A stretch of 56,887 nucleotides of DNA from Acidimicrobiales bacterium (GCA_051011595.1 JBPCTQ010000118.1:1-56887), one strand, 5' to 3'; shown: positions 43,036 to 52,529, numbered from the stretch's first letter. Notes: generated by a model from the letters alone, not told the origin. Numbers and translations: made by a program.

Positions 43036-44196
43036 TCAGGTCAGGGTGGGCATGCAGAGACCATCGAGCTCGGTGATCTCGATGCGCTCACGGTTCTCCC
43101 AGGTGACCTCGTTGTGGGGATCGACCCGCAACCGGTACTCGTTGAAGCTCATGTCGAGGGCGTCGAAGGCCACCAAACGGCCTCGTAGCGGTTCACCCAG
43201 GCCGAGGATCAACTTGATGGCCTCGAGGGCCTGGATGCTGCCCACGATGCCGGGCAACACACCCAGAACACCGGCCTCGGCACAGCTGGGGGCGAACTCC
43301 GCCGGCGGCGCCTCGGGCAACATGTCGCGGTACGTCGGGCCCTGCCGGGGGTCGAACACGGTGACCTGCCCTTCGAACCGGAAGATCGATCCGTGCACCA
43401 CGGGGATACCGAGTTTCACCGACGCGTCGTTGAGGAGGTACCGGCTGGGGAAGTTGTCGGCCCCGTCGACCACGATGTCGTAGCCGCTGAGGATGTCCAT
43501 GATGTTGTCGGCCCCCAGACGCACGTCGTAGGTCACGACGTTCACATCGGGGTTGAGCAGGGCCAAGGTCTTCTTGGCCGAGTCGACCTTGCGGTCGCCG
43601 ACCCGGTCGAGGTTGTGCAGGATCTGGCGTTGCAGGTTGGACTCGTCGACGACGTCCATGTCGATGACACCGATGGTGCCCACGCCGGCCGCCCCCAGGT
43701 AGAGGGCGGCTGGTGATCCCAGACCGCCGGCGCCCAGCAACAGCACCTTGGCGTCGAGCAGCTTGAGCTGTCCCTCCTCGCCCACCTCCGGCAACAGCAG
43801 ATGCCGTTGGTAGCGGTTGCGCTGTTCGGGACCCAGGGTGCGGGGCTGTTGCCAGTCGCGCCCCTCGTCCTTCCAGCGGTTGAAGCCGCCGTCCATGGAT
43901 ATGACGTCGGTGTAGCCCAGCTCGGCCAGGGTCTTGGCCGCGAAGGCGCTCCGCACTCCACCGGCACACATCACCACCAACGGTGTGTCCCGATCGGTGA
44001 CCCGGTTCTCGATGTTGGACTCGAGGTTGCCGCGGGGGATGTGGATCGAGTTCGGGACCGCACCCTGCTCGTACTCGTCGGGTTCGCGCACATCGAGGAG
44101 CGTGGCGCCATCGGCCAGCAGCACCTCGGCACCTTCGGGATCGGTCTCTCGGACCTGACGCTTCGCGTCGGCCAGCAGCTCTCTGAACGTTGCCAT
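43036..44196 (-). CDS. Rhodanese-ThiF/MoeB fusion (sulfur-carrier adenylyltransferase/sulfurtransferase, MoeZ-like but domain order reversed)
   Basis: aa 1-118 is rhodanese with active-site loop VVMCAGGVRS. Then NRYQRHLLLPEVGEEGQLKLLDAKVLLLGAGGLGSPAALYLGAAGVGTIGVIDMDVVDESNLQRQ, the ThiF/MoeB nucleotide-binding core. Confidence 0.8.
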   Translation of the reverse strand: MATFRELLADAKRQVRETDPEGAEVLLADGATLLDVREPDEYEQGAVPNSIHIPRGNLESNIENRVTDRDTPLVVMCAGGVRSAFAAKTLAELGYTDVISMDGGFNRWKDEGRDWQQPRTLGPEQRNRYQRHLLLPEVGEEGQLKLLDAKVLLLGAGGLGSPAALYLGAAGVGTIGVIDMDVVDESNLQRQILHNLDRVGDRKVDSAKKTLALLNPDVNVVTYDVRLGADNIMDILSGYDIVVDGADNFPSRYLLNDASVKLGIPVVHGSIFRFEGQVTVFDPRQGPTYRDMLPEAPPAEFAPSCAEAGVLGVLPGIVGSIQALEAIKLILGLGEPLRGRLVAFDALDMSFNEYRLRVDPHNEVTWENRERIEITELDGLCMPTLT

Positions 44197-44276
44197 GGCA
44201 AAACCCTACCTATTTGGTCGGCAATTCTCACACCGACAACCACGATCGACCGGTTGTCATTCCCGCGGCGGGGTAT

Positions 44277-45047
44277 TCAGCCGCAGATGAGTGGCAGGGT
44301 CTGGCTGATACCCGCCTGGAGCACCACATCGGCCAGGTGGTCCATGGCTGTCGGTTCACCGTTGACGATCACCACCCGGGCGCCGCTGCGAGCCGCCACC
44401 GGCACGGTCTCGTTGATGGGGAAGACCTGCAGGCTGGTGCCCACCGCGAGGAAGAGATCACACTCCAGCGCCGCCCGTTCGGCCCGCGCCAGGTCCTCGG
44501 CCACCAGGCTCTGACCGAACGAGATGGTGGCCGACTTCAAGATGCCACCACAGACCACACAGGGCGGATCGGTTTCGCCTCCCCGCACCCGTTCGAGCAC
44601 CACTTCCATGTCGGCCCGGTACTCACACGACAGGCACTGCACTTTGCGGGTGGTGCCGTGGATCTCCACCACCAGCCCGGGATCGGCACCGGCCCGTTGG
44701 TGCAGCTCGTCGACGTTCTGGGTGATCAGCGTGTGGAGTTTGCCCCGATCCTGCAGCCGCACCCGGGCGTGGTGACCGGCGTTGGGTTCGACATCGGCCC
44801 ACAGCTCCCCGGCCGCCCGCCGTTCCCAGTTGCGACGCCGCACATCGGGGTCGGACAGATAGGTCCGAATGTTGGAGGCCTTCTCGGCGGCGGGGTCCTT
44901 GGTCCACAGTCCCTGCGGACCCCGAAAATCGGGGATGCCACTGTCGGTGGAGATGCCGGCACCGGTGAGCACACAGATACGGGTGGCCTCGGCCACGAGC
45001 GCGGCGGCCGCTTCCACCAGTGCGTCGGGAGATGCCGGGCGCTCCAT
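44277..45047 (-). CDS. cobB: NAD-dependent protein deacylase (sirtuin, Sir2 family)
   Basis: Start trimmed to MERPASPD (ATG 45047). LTGAGISTDSGIPDFRGPQGLW, ITQNVDELH, and zinc ribbon CLSC...CVVCGG. Confidence 0.8.
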   Translation of the reverse strand: MERPASPDALVEAAAALVAEATRICVLTGAGISTDSGIPDFRGPQGLWTKDPAAEKASNIRTYLSDPDVRRRNWERRAAGELWADVEPNAGHHARVRLQDRGKLHTLITQNVDELHQRAGADPGLVVEIHGTTRKVQCLSCEYRADMEVVLERVRGGETDPPCVVCGGILKSATISFGQSLVAEDLARAERAALECDLFLAVGTSLQVFPINETVPVAARSGARVVIVNGEPTAMDHLADVVLQAGISQTLPLICG

Positions 45048-45098
45048 CGCCGCCGAGCATACGACGGGCCCACCCGGCCCGCCGGTTCGTGGTTCCCC

Positions 45099-45126
45099 TT
45101 GATTTTGAAATGATATGAAATATGCT
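45099..45126 (+). promoter_or_regulatory. Candidate sigma-70-type promoter in an AT-rich island upstream of CDS 45190
   Basis: TTGATT (45099-45104), 16-nt spacer, TATGCT (45121-45126). The spacer carries TGAAAT twice, 10 nt apart. About 35 nt of AT-rich DNA in a roughly 70 percent GC background. Confidence 0.35.
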
Positions 45127-45189
45127 GACGTTCGCTTCCCCTGCGACTTCCTCGGCGGATCGGCAACACGCAACAGAAGGAAGACGATC

Positions 45190-45519
45190 ATGGCTGCTTC
45201 AGCGCGCCCGGTGTTCGAAGGTGAACACCTCTGGATCACCGCTTGGACCGACGACATCATCGACCTGCACGGGGTCGACGTTCGGAGTCACTACGTCGAG
45301 CACGTGTGGCTCGGAGTACTGGGACCGAGCACGGTGTGGCTCCTGCGCCGGTTGGTCGACGGGCTCGACGGCCAACCCGACGGGTATGCCCTCGACCTGG
45401 CCGAGACCGCCACTGCCCTCGGCCTCGGCGGCCACGGCCGCAACAGCCCGCTGATGCGTTCGGTGGGGCGAGCCTGCACCTTCGGCCTGGCCCGCCAGTT
45501 GGGCCCGGCCCAACTCTAG
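45190..45519 (+). CDS. Hypothetical protein (109 aa), ends at a TAG followed in frame by the next ORF
   Basis: Start trimmed to MAASARPVFEG, preceded by GAAGGAAG. No motif recognised. See the finding on the in-frame TAG. Confidence 0.5.
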   Translation: MAASARPVFEGEHLWITAWTDDIIDLHGVDVRSHYVEHVWLGVLGPSTVWLLRRLVDGLDGQPDGYALDLAETATALGLGGHGRNSPLMRSVGRACTFGLARQLGPAQL

Positions 45520-45795
45520 GTGCGCCGACGCGTGCCGCCGGCAACCCACGGCCACCTGGCCAAACTGCCGGACTCGGCCCGCACCGTCCACGACGCATGG
45601 ATGCGTCGTGACCGCGACCTGGCCACCGGCCACGCCCGTCAGCTGGCGTCGAGCCTGGTCGAGGTCACCGACTCACCTGACCAGGCCGAACACGTGCTGC
45701 AACAACTGCGCATCGCCCCGGCCACCGCCCACGACGCGGTGGCGTGGGCCCGGGCCCAGCGAGATCACCCCTCGGGCGGGCCCGAAGCAGCCTGA
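45520..45795 (+). CDS. Hypothetical protein, or C-terminal part of the preceding ORF
   Basis: GTG directly after TAG 45517-45519, in the same frame. 91 aa, VRRRVPPATHGHLAKLPDSARTVHDAW. Confidence 0.35.
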   Translation: MRRRVPPATHGHLAKLPDSARTVHDAWMRRDRDLATGHARQLASSLVEVTDSPDQAEHVLQQLRIAPATAHDAVAWARAQRDHPSGGPEAA

Positions 45796-45870
45796 GCCCC
45801 CAGCTCGTCTGACAACAACTCACACCACCCTCCGTCGCACCGATAGGCACCCGTCAAGGGAGGGATTGAC

Positions 45871-46515
45871 ATGATGAGACGCCTGGTTGGCCTCGCCGTG
45901 GTCGCGTTGACCGCCGCGGCCTGCACCCCGTACTTCAACAACGGGGTGGTGTCGACGACCTCGGACGTACCCCGGATCATCTTCCTGGGCGATTCCATCA
46001 TCAACGGCGCAGGCGACGAGATCGTGACCACCTTCGACGCCGAGGGGTACTGGTGGCACCACATCCTGGCGGGTGGCGGTTGGACGGTGCAGGACATCAA
46101 CGATCACGACAACCAGGGTCTGGCGTCGGATCCCGACGCCATCATCATCGCCGCAGGCACGAACGACACCGGCCAGTGCCTCAACGATCCGGAGTGTTGG
46201 CCGAACGTCCCCGTCGATCGCCTCGACGATCTGTGGGACGACTATGCCGCCATCGGGCCCCACGCCTGTCGGATCGGGGTGACCATCGTGTTCGACCCGG
46301 GGTATCGGGGTGCCATCAACACCCGGCTGTACGAGCTGGCGGCCCAGGGCACCATCACCCACGTGGCCGACTGGAAGGCCTACAGCGCGAGCCATCCCGA
46401 GTGGTTCTCCGACGGTGTCGGGCACCTCAACCCATCCGGCCAGCAGGCCTTCGCCGACTTCTTGTTGGCCGAGACCGACTCGGTCTGCTTCGACAGCAAG
46501 GGTGGCGAGGGCTAG
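45871..46515 (+). CDS. SGNH/GDSL-family hydrolase lipoprotein
   Basis: RBS AGGGAGGG. Lipobox LTAAAC. Block I IIFLGDSIINGAG, block III AAGTND, block V SDGVGHLN. Confidence 0.7.
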   Translation: MMRRLVGLAVVALTAAACTPYFNNGVVSTTSDVPRIIFLGDSIINGAGDEIVTTFDAEGYWWHHILAGGGWTVQDINDHDNQGLASDPDAIIIAAGTNDTGQCLNDPECWPNVPVDRLDDLWDDYAAIGPHACRIGVTIVFDPGYRGAINTRLYELAAQGTITHVADWKAYSASHPEWFSDGVGHLNPSGQQAFADFLLAETDSVCFDSKGGEG

Positions 46516-46527
46516 GAGGACCGAGCC

Positions 46528-47973
46528 CTACGGCTTGGTGAACCCCTCGGCCAGCTCGACCAGCAGCCGTACCCCGAAACCACTGGCGCCGGCCGGCCCC
46601 AGCGGTGTCTCGCTGTCGCCGAAGGCGGGCCCGGCGATGTCGACGTGGGCCCAGGCGATGTCGTCGTCGACGAACTCCTTCAGGAACAACCCGGCGGTAA
46701 GCGCCCCGCCGTACGCCCCGCCGATGTTCTTCACGTCGGCGACGGTGGAGTCGAGCATCTTGCGGTAGTCGCTCGGCAGCGGCAGTGGCCAGACCCGCTC
46801 ATTCGACCGGTCACCGGCAGCCGCCACCTGGTCGCGCCAATCGTCGTGGTTGCTCATCAGCCCGGCAATACCAGGGCCCAGGGCCACCATGCAGGCCCCG
46901 GTGAGGGTGGCCAGGTCGACGATGGCATCGGGTCGGGCCTCGGTGGCCAACGACAAGGCGTCGGCCAGGATCAACCGACCTTCGGCGTCGGTGTTGAGCA
47001 CCTCGACCGTCTTGCCGTTGCGGATGGTGAGCACGTCGCCGGGCCGGGTGGCGTCGTCGCCCAACATGTTGTCGGTCATGGGTACATACGCCACCACTCG
47101 AACCGGCGGAGCCAGCTGGGCGATGGCCGACATGGCCCCGAGCACCGCGGCCCCGCCTCCCATGTCACATTTCATGGTCATCATTCCCGTGCCCGTCTTG
47201 ATGGACAGGCCGCCGGCATCGAAGGTGATGCCTTTGCCCACCAGGGCCAGCGTGCCGCGCGCCTTGCCGTCGGGTTCGTAGGTGAGCTGTACCAGCCGAG
47301 GCGGGTGCTTGGACCCTCGATTGACACCGAGCACGCCGCCCAGCTTGGCCGCCTCGATGGCGTTGGCGTCCATGATCTTGGCCTTCAGCCCCACTCGTTT
47401 GGCCATGCGGCCCGCCTCTCGGGCGAACTTGGGCGGGGTGAGCGATCCGCCCGGTTCGTTGACCAGGTCCCGCGCCCAGGCCACGGCCTCCGACACCACC
47501 CGACCACGTTCGACGGCGGCTTTGGTGCGAGCGCCGGTGGAGCCCACGTGGGTGATCTTCTTCAGGGTTGGTTTGTCGGGGTCGCTCTTTTGTTCGAGGT
47601 ACCGATACGAACCCAGCCCGACACCTTCGGCGAAGGCTTGGGTGGCGGCCTCACCATCGAGGCCCTCGGGTAACGCCTGAACCACGTGGGAGGCCACGTG
47701 GCTGTACTTCTTGGCCCGACGGGCCAGGGTGACCCCCGCCTTGCGAACGGCCTCGACATCGAGCTCGTCGGGGTCGCCCAGACCCAGCACCAACGCCGGT
47801 CGGCCGTCGCGGTCGACCAACAGCTGGGCAGTGCCCGACTTGGCCTCGAAACCCAACGCGTCGAGCGCCGCCCGATCGAGTTCGTCGGGAACGTCGCCGT
47901 CGACGAACAACCCGAAGGCCTCGAGGTCGGCGGCGGCGGGGCGGGTGCGGGCAACGGCCATCGAAATCGACAT
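46528..47973 (-). CDS. pepA: Leucyl aminopeptidase (M17)
   Basis: 481 aa with the NTDAEGRLILADAL signature and VGKGITFDAGG. Confidence 0.9.
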   Translation of the reverse strand: MSISMAVARTRPAAADLEAFGLFVDGDVPDELDRAALDALGFEAKSGTAQLLVDRDGRPALVLGLGDPDELDVEAVRKAGVTLARRAKKYSHVASHVVQALPEGLDGEAATQAFAEGVGLGSYRYLEQKSDPDKPTLKKITHVGSTGARTKAAVERGRVVSEAVAWARDLVNEPGGSLTPPKFAREAGRMAKRVGLKAKIMDANAIEAAKLGGVLGVNRGSKHPPRLVQLTYEPDGKARGTLALVGKGITFDAGGLSIKTGTGMMTMKCDMGGGAAVLGAMSAIAQLAPPVRVVAYVPMTDNMLGDDATRPGDVLTIRNGKTVEVLNTDAEGRLILADALSLATEARPDAIVDLATLTGACMVALGPGIAGLMSNHDDWRDQVAAAGDRSNERVWPLPLPSDYRKMLDSTVADVKNIGGAYGGALTAGLFLKEFVDDDIAWAHVDIAGPAFGDSETPLGPAGASGFGVRLLVELAEGFTKP

Positions 47974-47995
47974 GGCGCAACCCTAGGCCCGTACG

Positions 47996-48745
47996 GTGGA
48001 CCCGGTGAGCCCGGCCGAAGTGATCGTGATCCTGACGGCCGTGGTGGCCGGGGCGCTCGTGAAGTCGATCACCGGCATGGGGTTCCCGCTGGTCGCCATC
48101 CCGGTGATCAGCCTCTTCGTCTCGGTCGAGACCGCAGTGGTGGTGATCGCCCTTCCCAACGCCACGGCCAATGCCCTGCTGGCCGTGCGCGAGCGCCACG
48201 CCTGGCCCGACACCAGAGACCTGCCCGTGTTGATCCCCACGAGCATCGTCGGGGCGGTGGCCGGCACCTTCTTGTTGGTGAACCTGCCCGAACGGGTGTT
48301 GACCTTGGCGCTGGCCATTGCCGTGCTGTTCTACGTCGTCACCCGGCTGCGGCGACCCGATCTGATGGTGACCCCCTCGCTGTCGCGCCGGCTGGCTCCG
48401 GTGGTGGGATTGCTGGCCGGTGTGTTCCAAGGAGCCATCGGGGTGTCCGGGCCGGTGGTGGGATCGTGGATCCAGAGCTACCGCCTCACGCGCGACGCCT
48501 TCGTGTTGTCGGTGACCCTGCTGTTCCTGTTCAGCGGCACCGCACAACTCCTCATCCTGGCCGGTTCGGGCCAGTTCGATCGCGGCCGCATCGTCGCCAG
48601 CCTGATGGCCCTGGTGCCGGCTGTTGGTTTGATCCCCGTCGGAACCCGTCTTCGCGATCGACTGTCGGGCCAGGCCTTCGACGGTGCGGTGCTCGGCCTG
48701 TTGGTGGTATCGGCCGTGGCACTCGTGGTCCGCAGCCTCATGTGA
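47996..48745 (+). CDS. TauE/SafE-family anion (sulfite/sulfonate-type) permease
   Basis: 249 aa, about 7-8 TM spans. N-terminal VAGALVKSITGMGFPLVAIPV and internal LAGVFQGAIGVSGPVVG repeat pattern. Confidence 0.7.
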   Translation: MDPVSPAEVIVILTAVVAGALVKSITGMGFPLVAIPVISLFVSVETAVVVIALPNATANALLAVRERHAWPDTRDLPVLIPTSIVGAVAGTFLLVNLPERVLTLALAIAVLFYVVTRLRRPDLMVTPSLSRRLAPVVGLLAGVFQGAIGVSGPVVGSWIQSYRLTRDAFVLSVTLLFLFSGTAQLLILAGSGQFDRGRIVASLMALVPAVGLIPVGTRLRDRLSGQAFDGAVLGLLVVSAVALVVRSLM

Positions 48746-48895
48746 ATCAGGCTTGGCGTCGCCCGACCGGCTCGGTACTCTGAAAGGACCTGGCCTCTGC
48801 TCAGACGAGCGGCGACCGATCACCCCCGAACCCCCAGCGCACGACTGCATGATCGTCCGGGCGGTTCCTTCCGTTGATCCTCGAGAGGAACACTG

Positions 48896-51800
48896 GTGAC
48901 GGCCTACACCCAGGCAATCCGCGATCGAGTCGTCGTCTTCGACGGTGCATTCGGCACGTACATCCAAGAACAGCACCTGTCGGCCGACGACTTCGGCGGG
49001 CCCGACCTGGAGGGCTGCAACGAACTGCTCGTGGTGACCCGACCCGACGTCATCACCGGCATGCACGACGCCTACCTGTCGATCGGCGTCGACGTCATCG
49101 AGACGGCCACCTTCGGCGCCTTCGCCGTGCCACTCGGCGAATACGACATCGCCGACCGCAGCGACGAGATCAACCTGGCCGCCGCCAAGCTGGCTCGCGA
49201 TGTGGCCAACAGCCACAGCACGCCGGACCGACCTCGGTGGGTTGCCGGGTCCATCGGTCCCGGCACCAAGTTCGCCTCGCTGGGGCAGATCTCCTATGTC
49301 GAGCTCCGCGACGCCTACGAACAGCAAGCCCGCGTGCTGCTGGCCGGTGGTGTCGACCTGTTCATCGTCGAGACCATGTTCGATCTGCTCGGCGTGAAGG
49401 CGGCCATGAACGGCTGTCGCCGGGCGATGGTGGCCGCGGGGCGCGAGGTCCCCATCCAGACCCAGGTCACCATCGAGCTCACCGGCCGCATGTTGCCCGG
49501 CACCGAGATCGGGGCGGCCATCACCGCCATCGAACCGCTGGGCCCTGCTGCCCTGGGTATCAACTGCGCCACCGGACCGGCCGAGATGGGCGAACACCTG
49601 CGGGTGCTGTCGCATCAGAGTCGGGTGCCCATCAGTTGTATCCCCAACGCCGGTATGCCGTCGGTCGTCGACGGCAAGATGCACTACGACCTCACCCCCG
49701 ATCAGCTGGCCGATCATCTCGCCCGCTACGTCACCGAGCTGGGGGTCACCGTCATCGGCGGGTGTTGCGGCACCACCATCGACCATCTCCAGGCCGTGGT
49801 CGACCGCTGCCACGAGCTGACGCCGGCACCGCGCACGCCGCAGCCCGAGCCGGGCGCCACCTCCATCTACAGCACGGTGCCCTTCGATCAGGACACGTCG
49901 TTCCTCATGATCGGCGAACGCACCAACGCCAACGGCTCCAAGAAGTTCCGCGAGCTGATGCTCGACGGCGACTGGGACAGCTGCCTGAAGATGGCCACCG
50001 ACCAGGTCAAGGAAGGGGCCCACATCATCGATGTGTGCGCCGACTACGTGGGCCGCGACGGCACCGTCGACATGACCGAGCTGGCCAGTCGTTTCGCCAC
50101 CCAGGTGGCCGCACCCCTGGTTCTCGACAGCACCGAACCCGAGGTGATGGAGGCCGGGCTGCAACACATCGGCGGCCGGTCCCTGCTCAACTCGGCCAAC
50201 CTGGAGGATGGAGAGGGACCCGGGTCTCGCCTCGACCGGGTGTTCAACCTGGCCAAGGAGTACGGCGCCGCCGTCATCTGCCTGCTCATCGACGAGGAGG
50301 GTCAGGCCCGCGACGTCGAATGGAAGATGCGAGTGGCCCACCGCATCCACGACATCGCCACCCAGCAGTACGGGCTGGAGCCGTCGGAGCTGATCTTCGA
50401 CGCCCTCACGTTCCCGCTGTCGACCGGCGACGACGACCTGCGCCGCGACGGCATCGCCACCATCGAAGCCATCCGCCGCATCAAGGACGAGTTGCCCGGT
50501 GTGTACACCACGCTGGGTGTGTCCAACGTGTCGTTCGGCCTCAAACCGGCCGCCCGCCACGTGCTCAACTCGGTGTTCCTGCACGAGTGTGTCGAAGCCG
50601 GGCTCGATTCGGCCATCGTGCACGCCGGCAAGATCGTGCCCTTGGCTCGGATGAGCGACGAACACCGTCAGGTGTGCCTCGATCTCGTGTGGGATCGGCG
50701 CGGGACCGACGGGGGCGACGGCACCGACCCGAAGTACGACCCGCTGGTGAAGCTGCTGGAGGTGTTCGAAGACGTCGAGTCGGTCAAGACGGTGAAGGAA
50801 GACCGCACCGACTGGACCATCGAACGGATCCTCGAGACTCGGATCATCGAAGGTGACCGGGAGGGACTCACCGACGATCTCGAGCTCGCCCGCCAGACCA
50901 CCAAACCCCTCGACATCGTGAACAACACGCTCTTGGCCGGCATGAAGGTCGTGGGCGATCAGTTCGCCTCGGGCGAGATGCAGCTGCCCTTCGTGCTGCA
51001 GTCGGCCGAGACCATGAAGGCGGCCGTGGCCCACCTGGAGCCCCACATGGAGAAGGCCGACGGTGACGCCGGCAAGGGCAAGATCGTGCTGGCCACGGTG
51101 AAGGGCGACGTGCACGACATCGGCAAGAACCTGGTCGACATCATCATGTCGAACAACGGCTACGAGACCGTCAACCTCGGTATCAAGGTCAGCATCAACG
51201 AGATGATCGATTCGGCGCTGGCCGAGGGGGCCGATGCCATCGGCATGAGCGGCCTGTTGGTGAAGAGCACGCTCATCATGCGCGACAACCTCGAGGAGCT
51301 CAACGATCGAGGACTGGCCGACCTGCCCATCATGTTGGGAGGAGCCGCCCTCACCCGCACCTACGTCGAGAAGGACCTGCGTGAGGTCTACGACGGTCGC
51401 CTGTTCTACGGCAAGGATGCGTTCGAAGGGCTGCGCACCATGGACCGCCTGATGGAGATCAGCCGGGGCGAAGAGGACGACCCCGAGTTCGGGACCGTGC
51501 CCACCGGCCGCGACCGCTCCGAGCGGACCAAACCCGATGTCGACCCGGCGACCATCCCGGCCCGCTCCCCCGAGGCGGCCATCGACAACCCGGTGTTCAC
51601 CCCCCCGTTCCTGGGTTCGAAGGTGATGAAGGGAATCGGCCTCGACGACATCGCCGAGTACATCAACGAGACGGCCCTGTTCCGCAACCAGTGGCAGTTC
51701 CGGCCCGAGAAGGGTGAGGACGACGCCGCATTCAAGGACCGCATCCGTCCCCTGCTGCGCGAGCAGTTGGGCGCGGCCAAGGCCGGCGACATGCTCGTTC

Positions 51801-52390
51801 CCCAGGTGGTGTACGGCTACTTCCCGGCCAACGGCGACGGCAACGACCTGGTGATCTGGACCGACGAGTCGCGCACCGAAGAACGCTGCCGGTTCACCTA
51901 TCCCCGCCAGAAGGTCGAGCCGTGGTTGTGCATCGCCGACTTCTTCCGCCCCATCGATGGCGACGAGGTCGACTACGCCGCCTTCCACATCGCCACCATG
52001 GGCCAGCAGGTGTCGGAAGTGACGGCCGAGTTGTTTGCGGCCGACAAGTACCAGGACTACCTGATGGTGCACGGCATCGGGGTGGAGATGGCCGAGGCGC
52101 TGGCCGAGCTGTGGCATCGCCGCATTCGTGAGGAGTGGGGTTTCGCCGACGAGGACGGCCCCGACCTCCAGGGTCTGTTCCGCCAGAAGTACCGCGGCGG
52201 TCGTTACAGCTGGGGGTACCCGGCCTGTCCCGATCTCGAGGACAACGCCCTGGTGCTCGAGCTGCTCGAAGGCGAACGCATCGGCCTGGAGTGCAACGAG
52301 GAGACGGGCTGGCAGTACCAGCCCGAACAGACCACGTCGGCACTCATCTGCCACCACCCCCGAGCCAAGTATTTCGTGGCGCGGGACTAG
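48896..52390 (+). CDS. metH: Cobalamin-dependent methionine synthase
   Basis: 1164 aa. Hcy-binding GGCCGTT, pterin-binding domain, B12 motif VKGDVHDIGKNLV, and AdoMet-activation domain. Confidence 0.95.
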   Translation: MTAYTQAIRDRVVVFDGAFGTYIQEQHLSADDFGGPDLEGCNELLVVTRPDVITGMHDAYLSIGVDVIETATFGAFAVPLGEYDIADRSDEINLAAAKLARDVANSHSTPDRPRWVAGSIGPGTKFASLGQISYVELRDAYEQQARVLLAGGVDLFIVETMFDLLGVKAAMNGCRRAMVAAGREVPIQTQVTIELTGRMLPGTEIGAAITAIEPLGPAALGINCATGPAEMGEHLRVLSHQSRVPISCIPNAGMPSVVDGKMHYDLTPDQLADHLARYVTELGVTVIGGCCGTTIDHLQAVVDRCHELTPAPRTPQPEPGATSIYSTVPFDQDTSFLMIGERTNANGSKKFRELMLDGDWDSCLKMATDQVKEGAHIIDVCADYVGRDGTVDMTELASRFATQVAAPLVLDSTEPEVMEAGLQHIGGRSLLNSANLEDGEGPGSRLDRVFNLAKEYGAAVICLLIDEEGQARDVEWKMRVAHRIHDIATQQYGLEPSELIFDALTFPLSTGDDDLRRDGIATIEAIRRIKDELPGVYTTLGVSNVSFGLKPAARHVLNSVFLHECVEAGLDSAIVHAGKIVPLARMSDEHRQVCLDLVWDRRGTDGGDGTDPKYDPLVKLLEVFEDVESVKTVKEDRTDWTIERILETRIIEGDREGLTDDLELARQTTKPLDIVNNTLLAGMKVVGDQFASGEMQLPFVLQSAETMKAAVAHLEPHMEKADGDAGKGKIVLATVKGDVHDIGKNLVDIIMSNNGYETVNLGIKVSINEMIDSALAEGADAIGMSGLLVKSTLIMRDNLEELNDRGLADLPIMLGGAALTRTYVEKDLREVYDGRLFYGKDAFEGLRTMDRLMEISRGEEDDPEFGTVPTGRDRSERTKPDVDPATIPARSPEAAIDNPVFTPPFLGSKVMKGIGLDDIAEYINETALFRNQWQFRPEKGEDDAAFKDRIRPLLREQLGAAKAGDMLVPQVVYGYFPANGDGNDLVIWTDESRTEERCRFTYPRQKVEPWLCIADFFRPIDGDEVDYAAFHIATMGQQVSEVTAELFAADKYQDYLMVHGIGVEMAEALAELWHRRIREEWGFADEDGPDLQGLFRQKYRGGRYSWGYPACPDLEDNALVLELLEGERIGLECNEETGWQYQPEQTTSALICHHPRAKYFVARD

Positions 52391-52427
52391 ATCCCGAGCG
52401 GCCCCCTCTCCCTCGCCCTCCTTGTTG

Positions 52428-52475
52428 CGCTTCTGGTAGTGCAGCGACAGCCAGAGCCTGACGCTGCACGACCAG
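52428..52475. repeat. 48-nt repeat, copy 1 (hairpin-forming), between the convergent metH and sigma-partner genes
   Basis: cgcttctggtagtgcagcgacagccagagcctgacgctgcacgaccag, identical to 55322-55369. Arms ctggtagtgcagcg / cgctgcacgaccag pair at 13 of 14 positions around a 15-nt loop. In this copy pairing extends to 16 positions (52431-52477). Confidence 0.9.
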
Positions 52476-52506
52476 AACCGGGTATTCGGTCGGGGATGAT
52501 GAGATG

Positions 52507-52524
52507 GCGACCGGGTGCGGTCGC
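52507..52524 (-). terminator. GC-rich hairpin 5 nt downstream of the sigma-partner gene stop
   Basis: gcgaccg ggtg cggtcgc: 7-bp stem, 4-nt loop. On the minus strand it is followed by catctcatcatcc, a weak T-containing tail. Confidence 0.35.
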
Positions 52525-52529
52525 GGCGC

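Noticed and set aside
44277-45047. SIR2-domain gene as an anti-phage defence effector
   Set aside because: It has the full canonical sirtuin deacylase motifs, including the CxxC...CxxC zinc ribbon, and normal size (256 aa). It has no fused or adjacent sensor or partner gene typical of defence SIR2 systems.
48746-48895. Riboswitch or leader upstream of metH
   Set aside because: I looked for a B12 box and for SAH- or SAM-riboswitch-like conserved cores. I found only short generic stems (for example gtcgcc/ggcgac). Nothing is convincing by eye, and a cmscan would be needed.
47651-52357. 1568-aa ORF on the minus strand, the longest ORF in the window
   Set aside because: It lies antisense to an unambiguous metH (GGCCGTT, DVHDIGKN, all domains in order). 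Its translation is Arg/Gly/His/Pro-rich with no recognisable motif. It is a typical stop-free antisense frame in high-GC DNA.
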